DNA of 63,836 bases, filler included, from Intoshia linei (Eukaryota > Animalia > Orthonectida): the NCBI GenBank assembly GCA_001642005.1. It is 8 parts of 8 records of this genome, joined end to end, with 100 filler letters (N's around TTAATTAATTAA, not from the genome) between each part and the next. Parts side by side here need not be neighbours in the genome. Positions count along the whole stretch, not along the records: positions 49,065 to 53,912 come from LWCA01001883.1; positions 54,013 to 57,180 come from LWCA01002132.1; positions 57,281 to 59,928 come from LWCA01002262.1; positions 60,029 to 62,194 come from LWCA01002383.1; positions 62,295 to 63,836 come from LWCA01002578.1; 3 more parts are not named here. One strand, 5' to 3'. Positions within the stretch are counted from its first letter, which is position 1; each line of letters opens with the position of its first letter. Shown in pieces: positions 50,441 through 63,836 of this stretch. The notes beneath the pieces are model-generated. The model worked only from the letters and a program-made list of their open reading frames with translations, ran no database searches and was not told where the DNA came from. The position numbers and the translations under genes are program-made.

Positions 50441-53261
50441 GTTAATTTTAGCATACTCATTAAAACTGTAACATTTTTCATTTTGTTGTTATTATCCTTT
50501 ATAAAATACATAAAGACATTGGCCTTGTGGAGGTAATTTTGATTTATGATTTTTTTAAATTGATGCAGTGTATTTTCTCAATTATCTCTGTTATTCGCTT
50601 TTTCCATAATTGCCTGGTTGGATGTTTCAAATTACTTTTTGACTAAAAAGTAAAAACTATTTTTTTTTAATTATAATAATATTTTAGTTTAACTATTGAA
50701 TATTTCAATTTTAATAATTCTCTATTTTTTATTGCGGCATGTGTTTATTGTTATGAAGTAATTTTTGTAAAATATAAAAAAATCTTGTACAGTGTATATT
50801 ACTCGAAACGTATAAGAATGTATTTTAATATAATATTTTAGGGAGCTGGTGTGGTTTTATCTTTAGAATCAGCAACATCGCCAACCATACGGTTTGGATT
50901 TAAGAGGTAATTGATCTATATTTATAAATTTAGATAACTTCATTTAGGATATTAAATTGTGCAATATTTGTTTTTTTTATGGTTAATTGTTCATTTGGAA
51001 TATCTGGATATTTGGTAATTTTAATGTAAAGTTGGTATATTTATTTTGTAGAGCTTTGGAAAAGATACCCAGTCTATAATAACCTTAAATCTAGAATACA
51101 GTAAATTATATATCTTTAGAAATTTAATATTAATATTTACATGTTAATTACAATTTACATTTTTTATAATTAGAAGATTCTCATTTACTGCATTTACTCA
51201 ATTTAGTCAAATTTTTAATATGCATTTCTCTTATGCTTACATTTCCAAGTATTTTATACATTATACAATGTGATATTAACTTATATCTATTTAGTTATAT
51301 ACACTAGCGGTTCCCAAACTTTTTTACATTGATCGATAATTACACACTTCATTTTTCGCCATCTTATAATATCTAATTTAATATCCATTTAATATTTAAT
51401 TAGTAATTACCAAGAAAAATGATGAAAATATTATACATTGTACAGTGAAAATCTTATTTAACGAAAATATTAGAAATGTAAAAATAATAGATTACAATCA
51501 ATTGATTTATATTGACCCATAATATTAACAGAGTTTATCAATTTTCGACGTTCGTTAAATAAATTATTCGTTAAATGAGATTTTAACTGTATTACTTTTT
51601 TGTGGACCAGGAAATTTTTATCAAGATCGTAGTTGTCCATGTATCTTCATTTGGGAACCACAGCTGTAGAATTCAAAAAGATTTTGTTACCGGAATATAT
51701 TATTTAAAATAATGAATTTAATATTAAAATATTTTTTAAGGCCATAGATTAAAAAAATTTTGATTTGTCTTAATTTTTTTGATATTTTTAGGGTTGTTAC
51801 AGTCTTTATTTTAAAAATTAATTAACTTTTTCAAGTTTACTGAATACTGGTACAAATTTTATTAATTGAAATATCACATTATCTCATACATGTATTGTTT
51901 ATGTTTATCAGTTATTTTAGTCATGATGTTTCCAGTACATGGTATCTTAAATAAAAGCATGAGTAATGTTCAATTCTCACCAAAACTTAAATTTGTAATT
52001 TATAATACATGTATGTAGTAATAATCTAACTACCATGTCTTCGAATCTACCATACCGAGACCCTCTATATATCTATATAGATATTCAGGGGTTCTCGACG
52101 AAATTTTTGTAAAATAGATTCCGAATTTTTCTAAATTGATTATTAAAAAAATTAATTCTTGAATATTATACTTATTTTGTGTGCTAAATTGAAAATGTCA
52201 AGTAAAAATGCTTGGAGAGGTAGCTAGAGGCTATATGACCAGGGATTGGAAATAATTGATTGCAATCAATTATTTTGTATAAACCAATTAATTGTTTGCT
52301 AAATATTAATTTTTCAATTAATTGGTTTTTTCATATAATTCAAAAAATTTAAATGTAGAACAAAAGCATCTAGTATATTCATTATAACCACATGACCAGT
52401 TTTTTTAAAAATGATTTGATATTGTTATCAATCTTCAATTACAATTGTAATTGAAATTTTTTTATATTTCAAAACAATTGATTTTATTTTCAATAATTGT
52501 TATCAATTAATTGCAATTAAATTGTTTGCAATCAATTAATTCCAATCCCTGTATAGTAGATAAGACTAGAATTCGTTTTTTAAATTTTTTTAGTGGTTTA
52601 TTTTTTATTTTCATGTGGCCTGGATCTTGGTAAGTTCAGATCTACTGTACATGTTTCTAATGAACACTGTTTATATTTCCGATTTCACGTTTCTACCCCT
52701 GTGCATTTTAAAGTTTTCAGTAGGGATCGGGCTATATGGTATTTTTCCTTAAATTTTAATATATTATATATTATATATATACAAGTAAGAATTTTTAAAT
52801 TTTATAAATTTTGAATGTCTTTACCGATATTATTTTAGAGTAGGGTTATTTCAATTTCAAAATTTTGGAATATCGGTAAGTATAGTTCATAAAAGAATAT
52901 TTTTTGCACATTTTTTATTATCAACATTATATTTATTGAATTGTGAGTTTAAAACGTCAGATAACAAAGAATTGAACGTTCAATGTTTTACATTTTAGTG
53001 TTTAGTTTTCATAAATTTACTGTAGTAAATATTTTGATAATGCTAATATTAAAAGGGGTTGAAAACGATTGAAACCATTCTAATTTTTGCTTTTATTAAT
53101 TGTATTTTTTAGATATTGATACGTGTGACATGTGTAATTATTGTCTTTTTACTCTACTTTGCATTGCCTAATTTTGAAATTGTAATGTCTTTGGTGGGGT
53201 CTCTATTTTGTACATCTATTTCATTAATACTTCCTGTATACTTTCACATTTGTCTCTGCAG
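50441..53261 (+). CDS. amino acid transporter, Aa_trans (SLC36/AVT3/ANT1-like) family, partial
   Basis: LLSFIKYIKTLALWSVFSQ; AACVYCYE|GAGVVLSLE; FGISGYL|SFGKDTQSIITLNL; ISLMLTFP|.MMFPV; PNFEIVMSLVGSLFCTSISLILPVYFH. N-terminal exons not found; last exon unresolved. Confidence 0.88.
51305..51665. mobile_element. hAT MITE containing a nested Tigger-type MITE (51443-51589)
   Basis: Outer TAGCGGTTCCCAAA / TTTGGGAACCAC; inner TA|CAGTGAAAATCTTATTTAACGAA ... TTCGTTAAATGAGATTTTAACTG|TA with TA TSD. Confidence 0.75.
52240..52551. mobile_element. MITE with 26-bp TIRs
   Basis: CAGGGATTGGAAATAATTGATTGCAA matches the reverse complement of TTGCAATCAATTAATTCCAATCCCTG (25/26); CAATTAATTG-type internal repeats. 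Confidence 0.8.
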
Positions 53262-54012
53262 GTTTGTTGATTTTATTAATTTTATTTGCCCAGTGTTTTA
53301 CAAGATTACATTAGCCAACACTCAAAAATCTTTCTTCTTAATATGTATTTAGTCTGGTGTAGTTTTTAGTTGCGATTCTAATGATATAAAACATATTTGT
53401 GGCTTACGTCAGAATAAGATACAATTTTAATTTGAGTCTTTTTTAATTAAAAAAATATTCATATTTGTCATAGTAATTAATTTTATAATTCAAAAATCAT
53501 TATTTATTATTATTCAACATTATTCGATATATAAAATATCGTTACTATATTACGATATATAAAACAAGTCTTGGAATTTTATAAAGTCCACATTTCAATG
53601 ACAGTTTTTTCCGAGGGATATAATAAGATAATTTTCAACCTCCCAAACTCACATCTTACATGTCAAAAACCCCAATTTTTCTTTTTTTTGAAAATCAAAC
53701 GAGTTGGATAATTTAAAAAAATATATACACTGATACGGATTTTAAAATCATAAACATTATCATAAATTTAATTTTAAAAAAATTATATCTTCAGGTCAAA
53801 ACCACAAATTACTCTTTTTTTTTGAAAACAGGCCTAGACTTTAAAGTGAAAGTGATCAAATAAGTGACGACTTTACGGTCAAAAAAGCATTTTAGTATTC
53901 ATATATTTTTTTNNNNNNNNNNNNNNNNNNNNNNNNNNNNNNNNNNNNNNNNNNNNTTAATTAATTAANNNNNNNNNNNNNNNNNNNNNNNNNNNNNNNN
54001 NNNNNNNNNNNN

Positions 54013-55232
54013 TTGAAATACTTTCCAAAAAATTAAAAGAATTCAATATTTATCTAAATAAACACAGTTGAATGTGCAAAAAATGGAGCGTCAGTTACGG
54101 TTAAATTTGGAAAAGAGATTGAACCACTTCACCACATCTGTATAGCTCACACAATCCATTTAGCGATAAGTGATACACTATACACCTCAAATAATGATAA
54201 GAATCTTTCGAATTCAAATGCTGAAAGTGAAGACATCGATGTAGAAGAATTTGACGATTTGGAATATATTGAAAACATAACTAATCTTGAATTAAGTGAA
54301 AACTATAAAAAATTATAGATAAAGAAAAAACAATTAGTAAAATTTTTAGAATATCCTCTATTAAAAACGAAAAATTGCAAGATTTCATTTGTGGCGAATT
54401 TGGTAAAGAAATGAATATATTAATTGACATTAAAATTAGATGGAATAGTTTATTACCTATGATAACACGGTTTATAAAACTAAATAATTGTATACATAAA
54501 GTTCTCAGAGTAATTGGATCAACGTATACAATTAACAAAACAGAATTAACTACTTTACAACATCTTATAGATGTTTTAAGTCCTATATAAAGTTGTCACA
54601 AAAAATATATGCTCTAAAAATACAAATGTTTTTGATGCAGAATCATCTATGCAATTTCTACTTAAAAAACTTAAATCAATTAATACATCTATTTCCTTAA
54701 AATTTTATGACTATTTTTAAACGATATACATCACTTAGAAGTATAAAAACTAATTCTATTATATCATATCCACATGATTTTAGAAGTATGAGGGATAGTA
54801 TTTTTCCATTATTTCCTAAAAAAATAATAACATCAAATACAGAAATAAAACTTAAAAGATTGAACATTAACGATAATTTTAGATTAGTGAAAAAAACAAT
54901 TCCGTAAACCCCAAATAGATCACGATATTTTAAATAATGATAATTATAATCAATCTCAATTTTTAAAAGAATACATGAATGCCATGAATACAAACATCAT
55001 ACATATCAATAATAACATCAGCACTGTATTAGAATGTTACGAAATTACACAACTAAGAACTCAACCTTTAGAATCATTATATAGGTCTATATTGTCTATT
55101 CAAGCGACAAGTGTGGAAGCAGAAAAAACATTTTTATCAGTTGGTCTATTTTTAACTAAAATTAGATCTAGGCTTTCAGATGAAAGTATTGATGCACTCT
55201 GTTTTTTAAAACAATTTTTTAAAGATGTCTAA
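54013..55232 (+). pseudogene. hAT (Ac/hobo-like) transposase remnant
   Basis: CIAHTIHLAI; DIKIRWNSLLPMITRF; C-terminal dimerisation motif SIQATSVEAEKTFLSVGLFLTKIRSRLSDESIDALCFL; frameshifts and stops. Confidence 0.88.
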
Positions 55233-55612
55233 TAAATTTTATTATATACAAGTATAATAGTAATAATAAAAAATTTATTATATACATTTTAACCGGTTCA
55301 TTTTTTTCCGATTATTTGTCATCCTTAATAATTACATAATTTTTAATAATTAGTTAAAAATTAATTATTAATTAATTTTTTTTCCAAATGAGTGAAATTA
55401 CATAATTGATATTTTTATTATCAACAAAAAAATTAGATATAAGACATAATTTCATCGTGTTAATACTTGTTAAGTTAATAATTAACGCTCATTGAATTTA
55501 TTCAAAATCATTTAATAATTAAATTAATTTTGTATTTTCAACTTTTTTAAGGTATACAAATTATGTATTTTAATATATAAATGATTATAGAGTTATTAAC
55601 CTTTTCTAAAGA

Positions 55613-56215
55613 TGTCTAAAAGAAGACAATGAAATAACAATTACGTAGAATTGGTTTTACCTATCGTAATGATGCAGATGAAACCGAAAAACCTCAGTGC
55701 ATTTACTTTTCGGCGTTTTATGCAATAATAGCATAAAGCCAAACCTACGTAATCATAAGAATATAAAACACTCAAACCTCATTACAGTGTTGAAGTTATC
55801 GCTGAAATAGAAGACGTTTCGATATAAGTGGAACAGTTGACCATTTATCATTTCTTCTCAATGTATCAAAATTGTAGAGGCATAATATCATATTGCTTAC
55901 ATGTTTTCTAAACAAAAAAAGCATCATACCATCGAAAACGTTGATCAAACCCTGTACTCTTAACATTGCAGAACTTCTACTTAGCAAAAAACAAAAATGG
56001 GCACTTAAATCAGTTTCTTTGTAAAAGGATTAAAAATTTAGTAGAAGTTATCGAACTCCAAGTTACGAATGAATTTCGAAAATCCTAGTAAATTTAGTTT
56101 ACAATTGGACGAATCTACTGATGTGTTTGCAAGATATGTTGTGAATGATAACATTAAGAAAGAATATCTGTTTTGTGAGTCGTTAAATAAAACTACAAGA
56201 GAATTGATGTATTCG
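55613..56215 (+). pseudogene. hAT Buster (ZBED8/ZBED5-like) transposase remnant
   Basis: MSKRRQ*NNNYVE.GF..EKPQC; KKHHTIENVDQ/LIKPC; LQLDESTDV; EEYLFCESL. Confidence 0.8.
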
Positions 56216-56539
56216 AAATAAATTATATATTAATACATTAAAATATATATAATATTTTTTATGGGCCCTATAATTTACTTTGGGCTCAAATAGAAAAATT
56301 TTTACATAATGCCTTGATTTTTCTAGTGGTCCATTGGGAAATATATTATATATGACTATGGTAGCTTTAAATGGGATATTTGGTAGTTTTTGGTGTAGTA
56401 TGCTTAATATCTGTTCATTTGTAACTGAAATTGCCCTTGAAGTAATTATTAATTTTGTTACAACATTTTTTTATGAAACAACGATTATAGTCACTTCGGT
56501 TTTACACTGAGAGGGATAGATGGAGCTGATAGACCACAA

Positions 56540-57180
56540 TGTATTCTATACGGTACTTTATTTGCAAATTCATTTTTAAAACCATCAAAATTAAATGAAC
56601 ATTTTTAACGTAAACATGATGGAATTGGTACATCAGATAATTTAATGTTAAAATTAAAAATAATTCGTTTTGATAACAGAAGGTCTCTTCCTAAGTTTGG
56701 TTTTGTTTCAATAAAAAATGATCACATTTTGGCTTCTTACAAGGTTGCCCATTTTTTTAGACTGACTAAATAGAAAAATATAAAAAAAACCTCACACTCT
56801 TGCAGAAGAGCTTATTAAACCGTGTGCACTAAAAATGGCTGAAATTGTTTTTGGTAATAACGCCGTAGATAAGCTTAAACAAATACACTAAGTAGCAGAA
56901 TTTGTAATATTAGTAGAGACATACTGGATAAACTTATTAATGATATCAAGTCTTCTCCTCTAACAATATCCATTCAATTGGATGAGTCTATTGACCTGGC
57001 CAATTGTAGTCAACTTATTTCATTTGAGAGATATGTAAATGACAAAAATGTTGTTGAAGATTTTTTATTTTGTGAACCCTCAAAAAAACATGTACAGCAA
57101 AGGATATATTCGATTTAGTAAAACATTTTTTTCATGAGCAATAATATCGATTTAATCAAAATTGGTTCAATTTGTACGGA
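56540..57180 (+). pseudogene. second hAT Buster transposase remnant
   Basis: RPQCILY...LKPSKL; KKPHTLAEELIKPCALKMAEIVFG; SIQLDESIDLANCSQL; EDFLFCEP; truncated by gap. Confidence 0.85.
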
Positions 57181-57629
57181 NNNNNNNNNNNNNNNNNNNN
57201 NNNNNNNNNNNNNNNNNNNNNNNNTTAATTAATTAANNNNNNNNNNNNNNNNNNNNNNNNNNNNNNNNNNNNNNNNNNNNCATTAACTGATTATTAGATT
57301 AAAATTTGATTAAGATTCAGATTTGTAAAATTTAGAAACAATGCACATGTAAATAATTGAATATTTCAAAATCTAACCTTATTAACTTTTAAAAAATTCT
57401 AACATTTGGAAAAAATTTTAACTGTTCTAACCATATTAACTTTATAAAATTTTAATTAGCCAATTAATATTGATGCTATCATGCTGGAAATGTTAAACTA
57501 TTTGACATATCAAATTTTAATTTTTCTGACTTTTGCTTGCCTTAGTCATCACATTGAAAATGAAAAAATGTTTTTATAATTTTATTTTTTCTGGATTTAT
57601 ACTATTTATGACAATTTTTAGGATTGGAC

Positions 57630-57790
57630 TATTTTTACTTTATTTTTAATATTATACACACATTTTGTCTAATAAAATTGGACTGTTTTTACTTTATTTT
57701 TAATATTATACACACATTCTGTCTAATAAAATTAAAAAGTTTTAACTTTATTTTTAATATTATACACACATTCTGTCTAATAAATTAAAA
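57630..57790. repeat. tandem triplication of a ~52-bp unit
   Basis: ACTTTATTTTTAATATTATACACACATT(C/T)TGTCTAATAAA occurs 3 times; single copies at ~6385 and ~59295. Confidence 0.8.
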
Positions 57791-59097
57791 AAATGGGATA
57801 ATAATTGTTTATTGGGACTTACTACTTGTCTATTCCTTGCTTCGCTCGTCTTCCGTCGACATACCATATAAACCATTTTTTAAGGTTTTTTGGTTAACTA
57901 TACAGTGTATATTATACACTATCTACTCTTATAACGAACAGAAATTGAAAATTTCACATTTTGTACACTATAAGGGACTAAGACTGTAGTAGCAGTATTT
58001 GAAAAATAAAGAAATGCTAACAATTTTCAAATATCACTACTCATAGTGTTAATTATATTTTTATACACGATGAGTAGTTATTTGAAATTTTTGGAATAAT
58101 ACCTTGTGTTTGAGGCAATACGGAGAATATTGCCAATGTAATAAATGATGTTTTATACCTATCCATATTTTAAACAAAATTAAATACGTGTTTACAATAT
58201 AAAATAAATAGAATGTAATTGTAAATTAACTTTAATTAGAAACCGATTGTAATGCGATATATTTATTGAAACTATTCTAACAAAGTTGGGCAATTTTTTT
58301 TATTTAGGATACAGGTTTCTCTAACATTTTTATTAAATTGAACCATAGTACAAAATTATTTTATATCGCATTTTTTAGGAGATCAAAAAAACTTTATAGT
58401 CATTTTTTAAATTGATGTTTATTTAAATGGCACATATAATACACAGTGCGTACTTTTATTCACTCAAGTTTTTGCTTATTTGAATTCAGTTACTATTAAC
58501 CTAATGATTAGGTAAATTTGAGCTATTTGAAATCAAATTTAATTTTCTCTGTAGAGTTTGTTAAATACAGGACCTTAGAGAGCCAACAGCGGGCCTTGGC
58601 GAGATGAATATTGTGGGGTTTACACCAGTGTTTTCAAACAATTTTTTACTGCATTTTCCATACTATAGTACATGTAGTTATTTTGATAATACCCACAATA
58701 TTTTTTTAACTGCATATTATATAGTCAGATTTTTAAAAAACTAATTTTATAGGGCTGATTTTATTTAAAAATAAAATGAGAAATTGGGGTTTGGACCATG
58801 AATGACTCAATGTTTGAAAATTTAACTTGAACCAAAACATCACTCGCAAAATTTTATTAGAAATTTAATTATTTTAAACTTTAGAACTATTAATATTTTT
58901 AAATAAACGGCAACACGCACATTCAATTGTATGCAATTTTATCCTATACATGTATAAGAATACACATGGCTCTTCAACACTATATTTTTCTGTTAAAATT
59001 TTATAAATCAATATTGATTTATTAACATGTAAATGACTACACTTCATTATTTAACAGTATTACATGTATATCATTTAGAAAAAATTATTGTATACGT

Positions 59098-59464
59098 CAG
59101 GGGTTATCAACGTGGGTCATGTGGCCCACAGAAAATTTTTAACATTAAAAAAAATTTGGTATTTTTAAGTATTAAATTGGTACTGAATATGTACATTGTA
59201 CTATCGCATTGAAAATGACAAAATAGGTTTTTATAATTATATTTTTTCTGGAATTTAAGCTATATATGACAATTTTTAATATTAGACTGTTTTTACTTTA
59301 TTTTTAATATTACACATATTCTGTCTAATAAATTAAAAAAATGTGATAATTGTTTTTAAAGTTCTTTACGTAAATGTTAAAAAAATTAATATGGAATAAT
59401 TCACTTTAATTTAAAAAGTAATGTGATATGATGGTTCCACCTGAAACAAGTTTGGGAACCACTC
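59098..59464. mobile_element. hAT-type MITE
   Basis: Ends CAGGGGTTATCAAC / TTTGGGAACCACT; interior shared with 6270-6420 and 57555-57790. Confidence 0.55.
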
Positions 59465-60109
59465 CTTAAACATTGCTATTAGTAATATTAGGCTTTTTAA
59501 GTTAGATTTTCATCGTGAATGTATTTTTTTGGTATTTTTAATAAAAATGTGCTCTCGGTAGAGCTAGGTCCTGTTTGTACGTAGCCTATAACAATCAACC
59601 TATACCATTTACAATCCAATTTCGCAAAACTGAAATTCATTTTCGCAACTTTAGAAACTTAAAATTTAATTATAAATAAATGTTTATTGTGTATTATATA
59701 AAATAAGTATATTATGTTATAAAATTATTCATATAAATATTCACCGCGGCTTACGGCACCATAGTATCGCTCCACATGATTGGAGAAGTGAAGTAATTTT
59801 AGTGAGGTAAGGACATGTATTACTTCATTTGCAATTCTTTCAAGAATTCGCATGCGATATTCACAAATTGATATACCATTTATTCTTCTATATGCGATCA
59901 TATGAGGCATTTCATCCCTAATATAATANNNNNNNNNNNNNNNNNNNNNNNNNNNNNNNNNNNNNNNNNNNNTTAATTAATTAANNNNNNNNNNNNNNNN
60001 NNNNNNNNNNNNNNNNNNNNNNNNNNNNATAATAATTTATTTTAAATATTAAATATTTAATTTTACAAACTGAAATTTAACTTGATGATCAAGGCCAACA
60101 ATGTGGTTC

Positions 60110-60420
60110 ATTAAAAATTTTTAACCATTGGATTTTGCTAGTTCAAACATTGTGTTAGGCATAGAGTTCACTATTTTTTGAAAAATATTTAGATCCATTA
60201 CATTCCATGTATAAATGATACTTTTATTCAGGTCTTATATGGAATCATATTGTTTTCTATTATTTAAATTTGGCTTGCAAGAATGCCCATATATTTTCTG
60301 TAGAGTTTAGGTCTGCAGATAGAGACGGCCAATTTAGACCATTTATGTCATTATTTTATAAACAACTTTTGGATATTTTAAAGACGTGTATTAGTGCGTT
60401 ATTTTGTTAAAATATTTAAT
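60110..60420 (-). pseudogene. Tc1-family transposase, C-terminal DDE fragment
   Basis: QNNALIH...LNWPSLSADLNSTENIWAFL (canonical QDNAP.H...WPSQSPDLNPIENLW). Confidence 0.8.
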
Positions 60421-60996
60421 TGTAGAACCGATATGTTTAAGATTCGATTTTTTAAACATTTTTATGTATCGATTTGAATTTAAACGTTTATTAATTACTT
60501 CTAAATTTAACTTTCCGTTGTAACTAATAACTAATCCGTTGTACTGACTTTATCTGACCTTATAATCTTTGTTTGTTTTGTATGGTTAATACCAACTAAA
60601 TCTATTATACCCTAAACCTTCTTTTCGTAAGTTATATCAATACTATATCCTTAAATTATATTAATACAATATTTAATACACCTCAATTTTAATATTTGCA
60701 TAAGCCCGATCATGATAGTGTCGGTCACTTTACATAATAAATTAATATGAATAAAACCATGTCCATTATTTGTATCACGATGATTACACTACACAAAAAA
60801 AATAAACTTTTTTCGATGGATCTGCATGAGACCCTGTAGCATTGCTATTTATTTATATACATTCTCTATTCTGTTGCCATTCAATAAAGTCATATTTGAT
60901 TTGTAACTTTATTATCTATTCACGTGTTAACTTAATTATTTAAATTAAGTTTTTCATTCTGTAATTTTAAAATACTATATTACATTTAAATAATTA

Positions 60997-61870
60997 TGGA
61001 AAAATATTTGAACAAACTAAAATACCTATACAATGTAAAAAGTGATTTAAATACAGAACCTCATCGTAATTAGACCATTTCGAAAAAATTTACATTTTAT
61101 TGAATGGTAGCAATAAAGTTGAAGCTCAATATAAGATCCATTTTCTCAAAAATGTAATCGGAGAAAAAGCCAGAGAAAAGGTGAGAGCTGTTAATAGTAA
61201 TAATCTCAATTCAATAAAACAAGAAATTATTGAATGGAACAATAAAAACAGGTTATTGGAACGTATAAAATTAAAGAACGTTCAGAATTTTTAATGAAAA
61301 CATGACAGACTATGTATATAGACTTCGACAAATTGCTTAAAATTGTGATTACAAAGTACTCGATGTGATTGTAGCAGATCAACTTTTGTACGGATGTAAT
61401 TTCAGGAAGCTACAACGCGAGTTTATCCATCAAAACGGTACAATACCAACGGAGATTTTTGAATATGCAAAATTTTTGAGGTTACAGATATGGGAGGTGA
61501 AATTAAATTTCCAAATGTAAAAAAAATCTTATCATTACAAGCCTATGAATCAAAACGATATTATGAAAATTAATCATGTATTAATTACACCTGATGATGC
61601 ATTAATTGCTAAACTATCAATACCAGCAGAAAATAAAGTAATTAAAGTTAAATTTATGGTTGATATAAAATCCAAAATTAACATAATTAACTGTGAATTT
61701 TTAAAACATTTTCCAAACATTAGAATTTGTAAAAGTGCTATAGATATCATAGGATATAATAATTCAACAGTAAATAGCCCAGGTTATATTTATATCAATA
61801 TTAATAATTTAAAGTAACTTGAAAAATTTTTTATAACCGATTATAACAAGTTACAAGTGGACCATTACAT
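60997..61870 (+). pseudogene. Ty3/Gypsy-like LTR retrotransposon gag-protease remnant
   Basis: DYVYRLRQIA*NCDYKVLDVIVADQLLYG (gag-like); KVIKVKFMVDIKSKINII (decayed aspartic protease VDTGS motif); frameshifts. Confidence 0.7.
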
Positions 61871-62692
61871 TATATCAAAATAATAGAATTAATACAATAA
61901 ATAAAATACTAAAAATATTAAAATTTGTAAGTTTATAACTAAAAATAGGTAAAAATGAAAGTATTATAGAAGCAGTTAAATTTATAATAATGTTTGCTCC
62001 TGAAGTAATAGCACAAATTCAAAATCTTAGTGTAAGTAGATAAATAAAATTACTTAAATTTTCAATTAAAAATAATGAAAATCTTTTAGTAATTTGGGAA
62101 ATTATGATTATTAATCAAAATAATAAAGAAAGTGAAAAAATATAAAATATTTGTGTAGATATTTTAGGAGTGTGGGGTAAAATTAATGTCAAAANNNNNN
62201 NNNNNNNNNNNNNNNNNNNNNNNNNNNNNNNNNNNNNNTTAATTAATTAANNNNNNNNNNNNNNNNNNNNNNNNNNNNNNNNNNNNNNNNNNNNCCCCCC
62301 CCCCCCCCCCCCCCCCCCCTTTGCAAGCCAAACACTTTTCAAATCTCCTATAAATGTTACATTGACATGAAACAATGTAAATAAAATTTAATAAGCGTTT
62401 CAAATGCCGGTCCGCAGACCAGTACAGATCCGTAAAAATTTTTTACTAATTAAAAGTCAATTTATTACCGGTTCATCGTAAAAAAAGTGTGGGAACCATT
62501 TTTAAATAGTACCGAACCAAATTCACTATACTGAAATACCTAAAAAAAATGCGAGGCGTTAAAATTAAATTACTGTGCATAGAAAAAATTATTTAATGAA
62601 TCTGTAAACTCCTAGAGTAATCTATATTTTTTCTTCCAAGTGTAAAATATTCCAAATGTATAATATCAATTTTATTATGTATTATTTTATAG

Positions 62693-63776
62693 AGACTTAA
62701 AACCAGAAAACATTCTATTGGATTCATCAGGCCATATAAGACTCACTGATTTTGGTAGTGCTATAAAACTTGATAAAAATTCTCAAACAAACGCAAGTTC
62801 AGACGATGAATCTGAACAGGATCCAAAAAAAAAGTTTATTCCTCGAAATTCATTCGTTGGAACTGCTCAATATGTATCACCTGAACACATAAAAAACAGA
62901 ATATCTCATTTTGGATCAGATCTCTGGGCTTTCGGTGTAATTGCATTTCAATTATTGTCGGGTTATTATCCTTTCTCCGCTTCACACGAATATAGAGTAA
63001 TGAAAGTAATAGTTTCCGGTAAATACGAATTTCCCGACCACTTCGATGCTGTTAGTAAAGATTTTATCGATAAAATTCTAAAAGTGGATCCCAATGAAAG
63101 ACTCGGGTACCACGACATTTCAGAATTAAAAAGCCATCCTTTTTTCAACGGTATTGATTGGATGCAACTAACCAACCAACGCGCACCACACATTTTTCCT
63201 GAAGAATTTGATGAACTGGATATTGAGAAATACAACAAATGCCCTACCGGTATGTTTCAATCCCATATGGCTGAGCTATTAGATTTACAAATGCGTTCTA
63301 CAGGAGAGAAAATACCTTGTAAAAATATTGTTACCATTTATAACGAATCGACCTTTTCAAAACCTATACCAAAAATACACTCTCACCATTTCTCAATTAT
63401 AAATTGCATTAAATCAAATGATCAAACCCAATTTAACCATTTAATTAAATTACAATCTCAAAGCGACCCGTTCCATCAATTTACCAACAATTCTCTCATA
63501 TTAAAACAGGGTATTTTAGATAAAAAGGTTGGACTTTTTTCTAAAACCCGTCGATTTATTATTTTAACTGGACCGCTCATTGTTTATATTGAAGAATCTT
63601 CTATGCAAAAAAAGGGAGAAATATTGTGGACTAAAAATTTTAAAGCCATTGCAAAAAATTTTTCCGTATTTTACATCCATACTCCAAAACGAGTTTACTA
63701 TCTTACTGATAAACAAAATCACGCTCTCGAGTGGGTAGATTGTATTAATAAAATACACGACATTTATTTCAAGTAG
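62693..63776 (+). CDS. PDPK1: 3-phosphoinositide-dependent protein kinase 1, last exon (kinase C-lobe plus PH domain); 5' exons absent
   Basis: AG acceptor 62691-62692 then RDLKPENILL...TDFGSA...RNSFVGTAQYVSPE; PH domain LILKQGILDKKVGLFSKTRRFILTGP-like...HTPKRVYYLTD; stop 63776. Confidence 0.96.
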
Positions 63777-63836
63777 AATTATAAGTACATATATTTATAC
63801 AAATTCAAATTTTATGTAAAAATACATTTTAAAACA

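Noticed and set aside
62295-62319. Poly-C run / G-quadruplex
   Set aside because: Directly abuts a gap; likely a sequencing or assembly artefact.
3500-63776. Apparent signalling gene cluster (RIC8, p38, TH, PDK1, KIF13)
   Set aside because: Mixed strands, unrelated genes interspersed and several gaps; nothing in the sequence indicates a functional cluster.

Overview
Very AT-rich, intron-containing eukaryotic (metazoan) scaffold; the bacterial-style ORF track only catches exon fragments. By manual splicing (GT-AG) I can read, in order: a small EGF-repeat gene (-), RIC-8/synembryn (+), an orphan (-), LRRC56 (-), a KIF13-type kinesin-3 (+, broken by a gap), the mitochondrial carnitine/acylcarnitine carrier SLC25A20 (+), CRIF1/GADD45GIP1 (-), MED17 (-), p38 MAPK (+), an aromatic amino-acid hydroxylase with tyrosine-hydroxylase determinants (-), a partial Aa_trans transporter (+) and the 3' part of PDK1 (+). 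Many introns are only 31-39 nt. Long introns and intergenic space are filled with decayed DNA transposons (hAT Buster/SPIN/Ac-like, Tc1/Tc3, pogo/Tigger, mariner end), many MITEs, a Helitron-like family and a Gypsy gag-protease remnant. Seven 100-nt N gaps carry an artificial TTAATTAATTAA spacer. Tiny introns, extreme AT content and highly divergent bilaterian genes suggest a reduced parasitic invertebrate such as the orthonectid Intoshia (inference, not verified). I found no convincing novel multi-gene system. The best leads are a tyrosine hydroxylase apparently lacking its regulatory domain, two convergent genes whose stop codons overlap, and an unexplained structured RNA-like segment at ~27.2 kb. 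All homology calls are from recalled motifs, not database searches.
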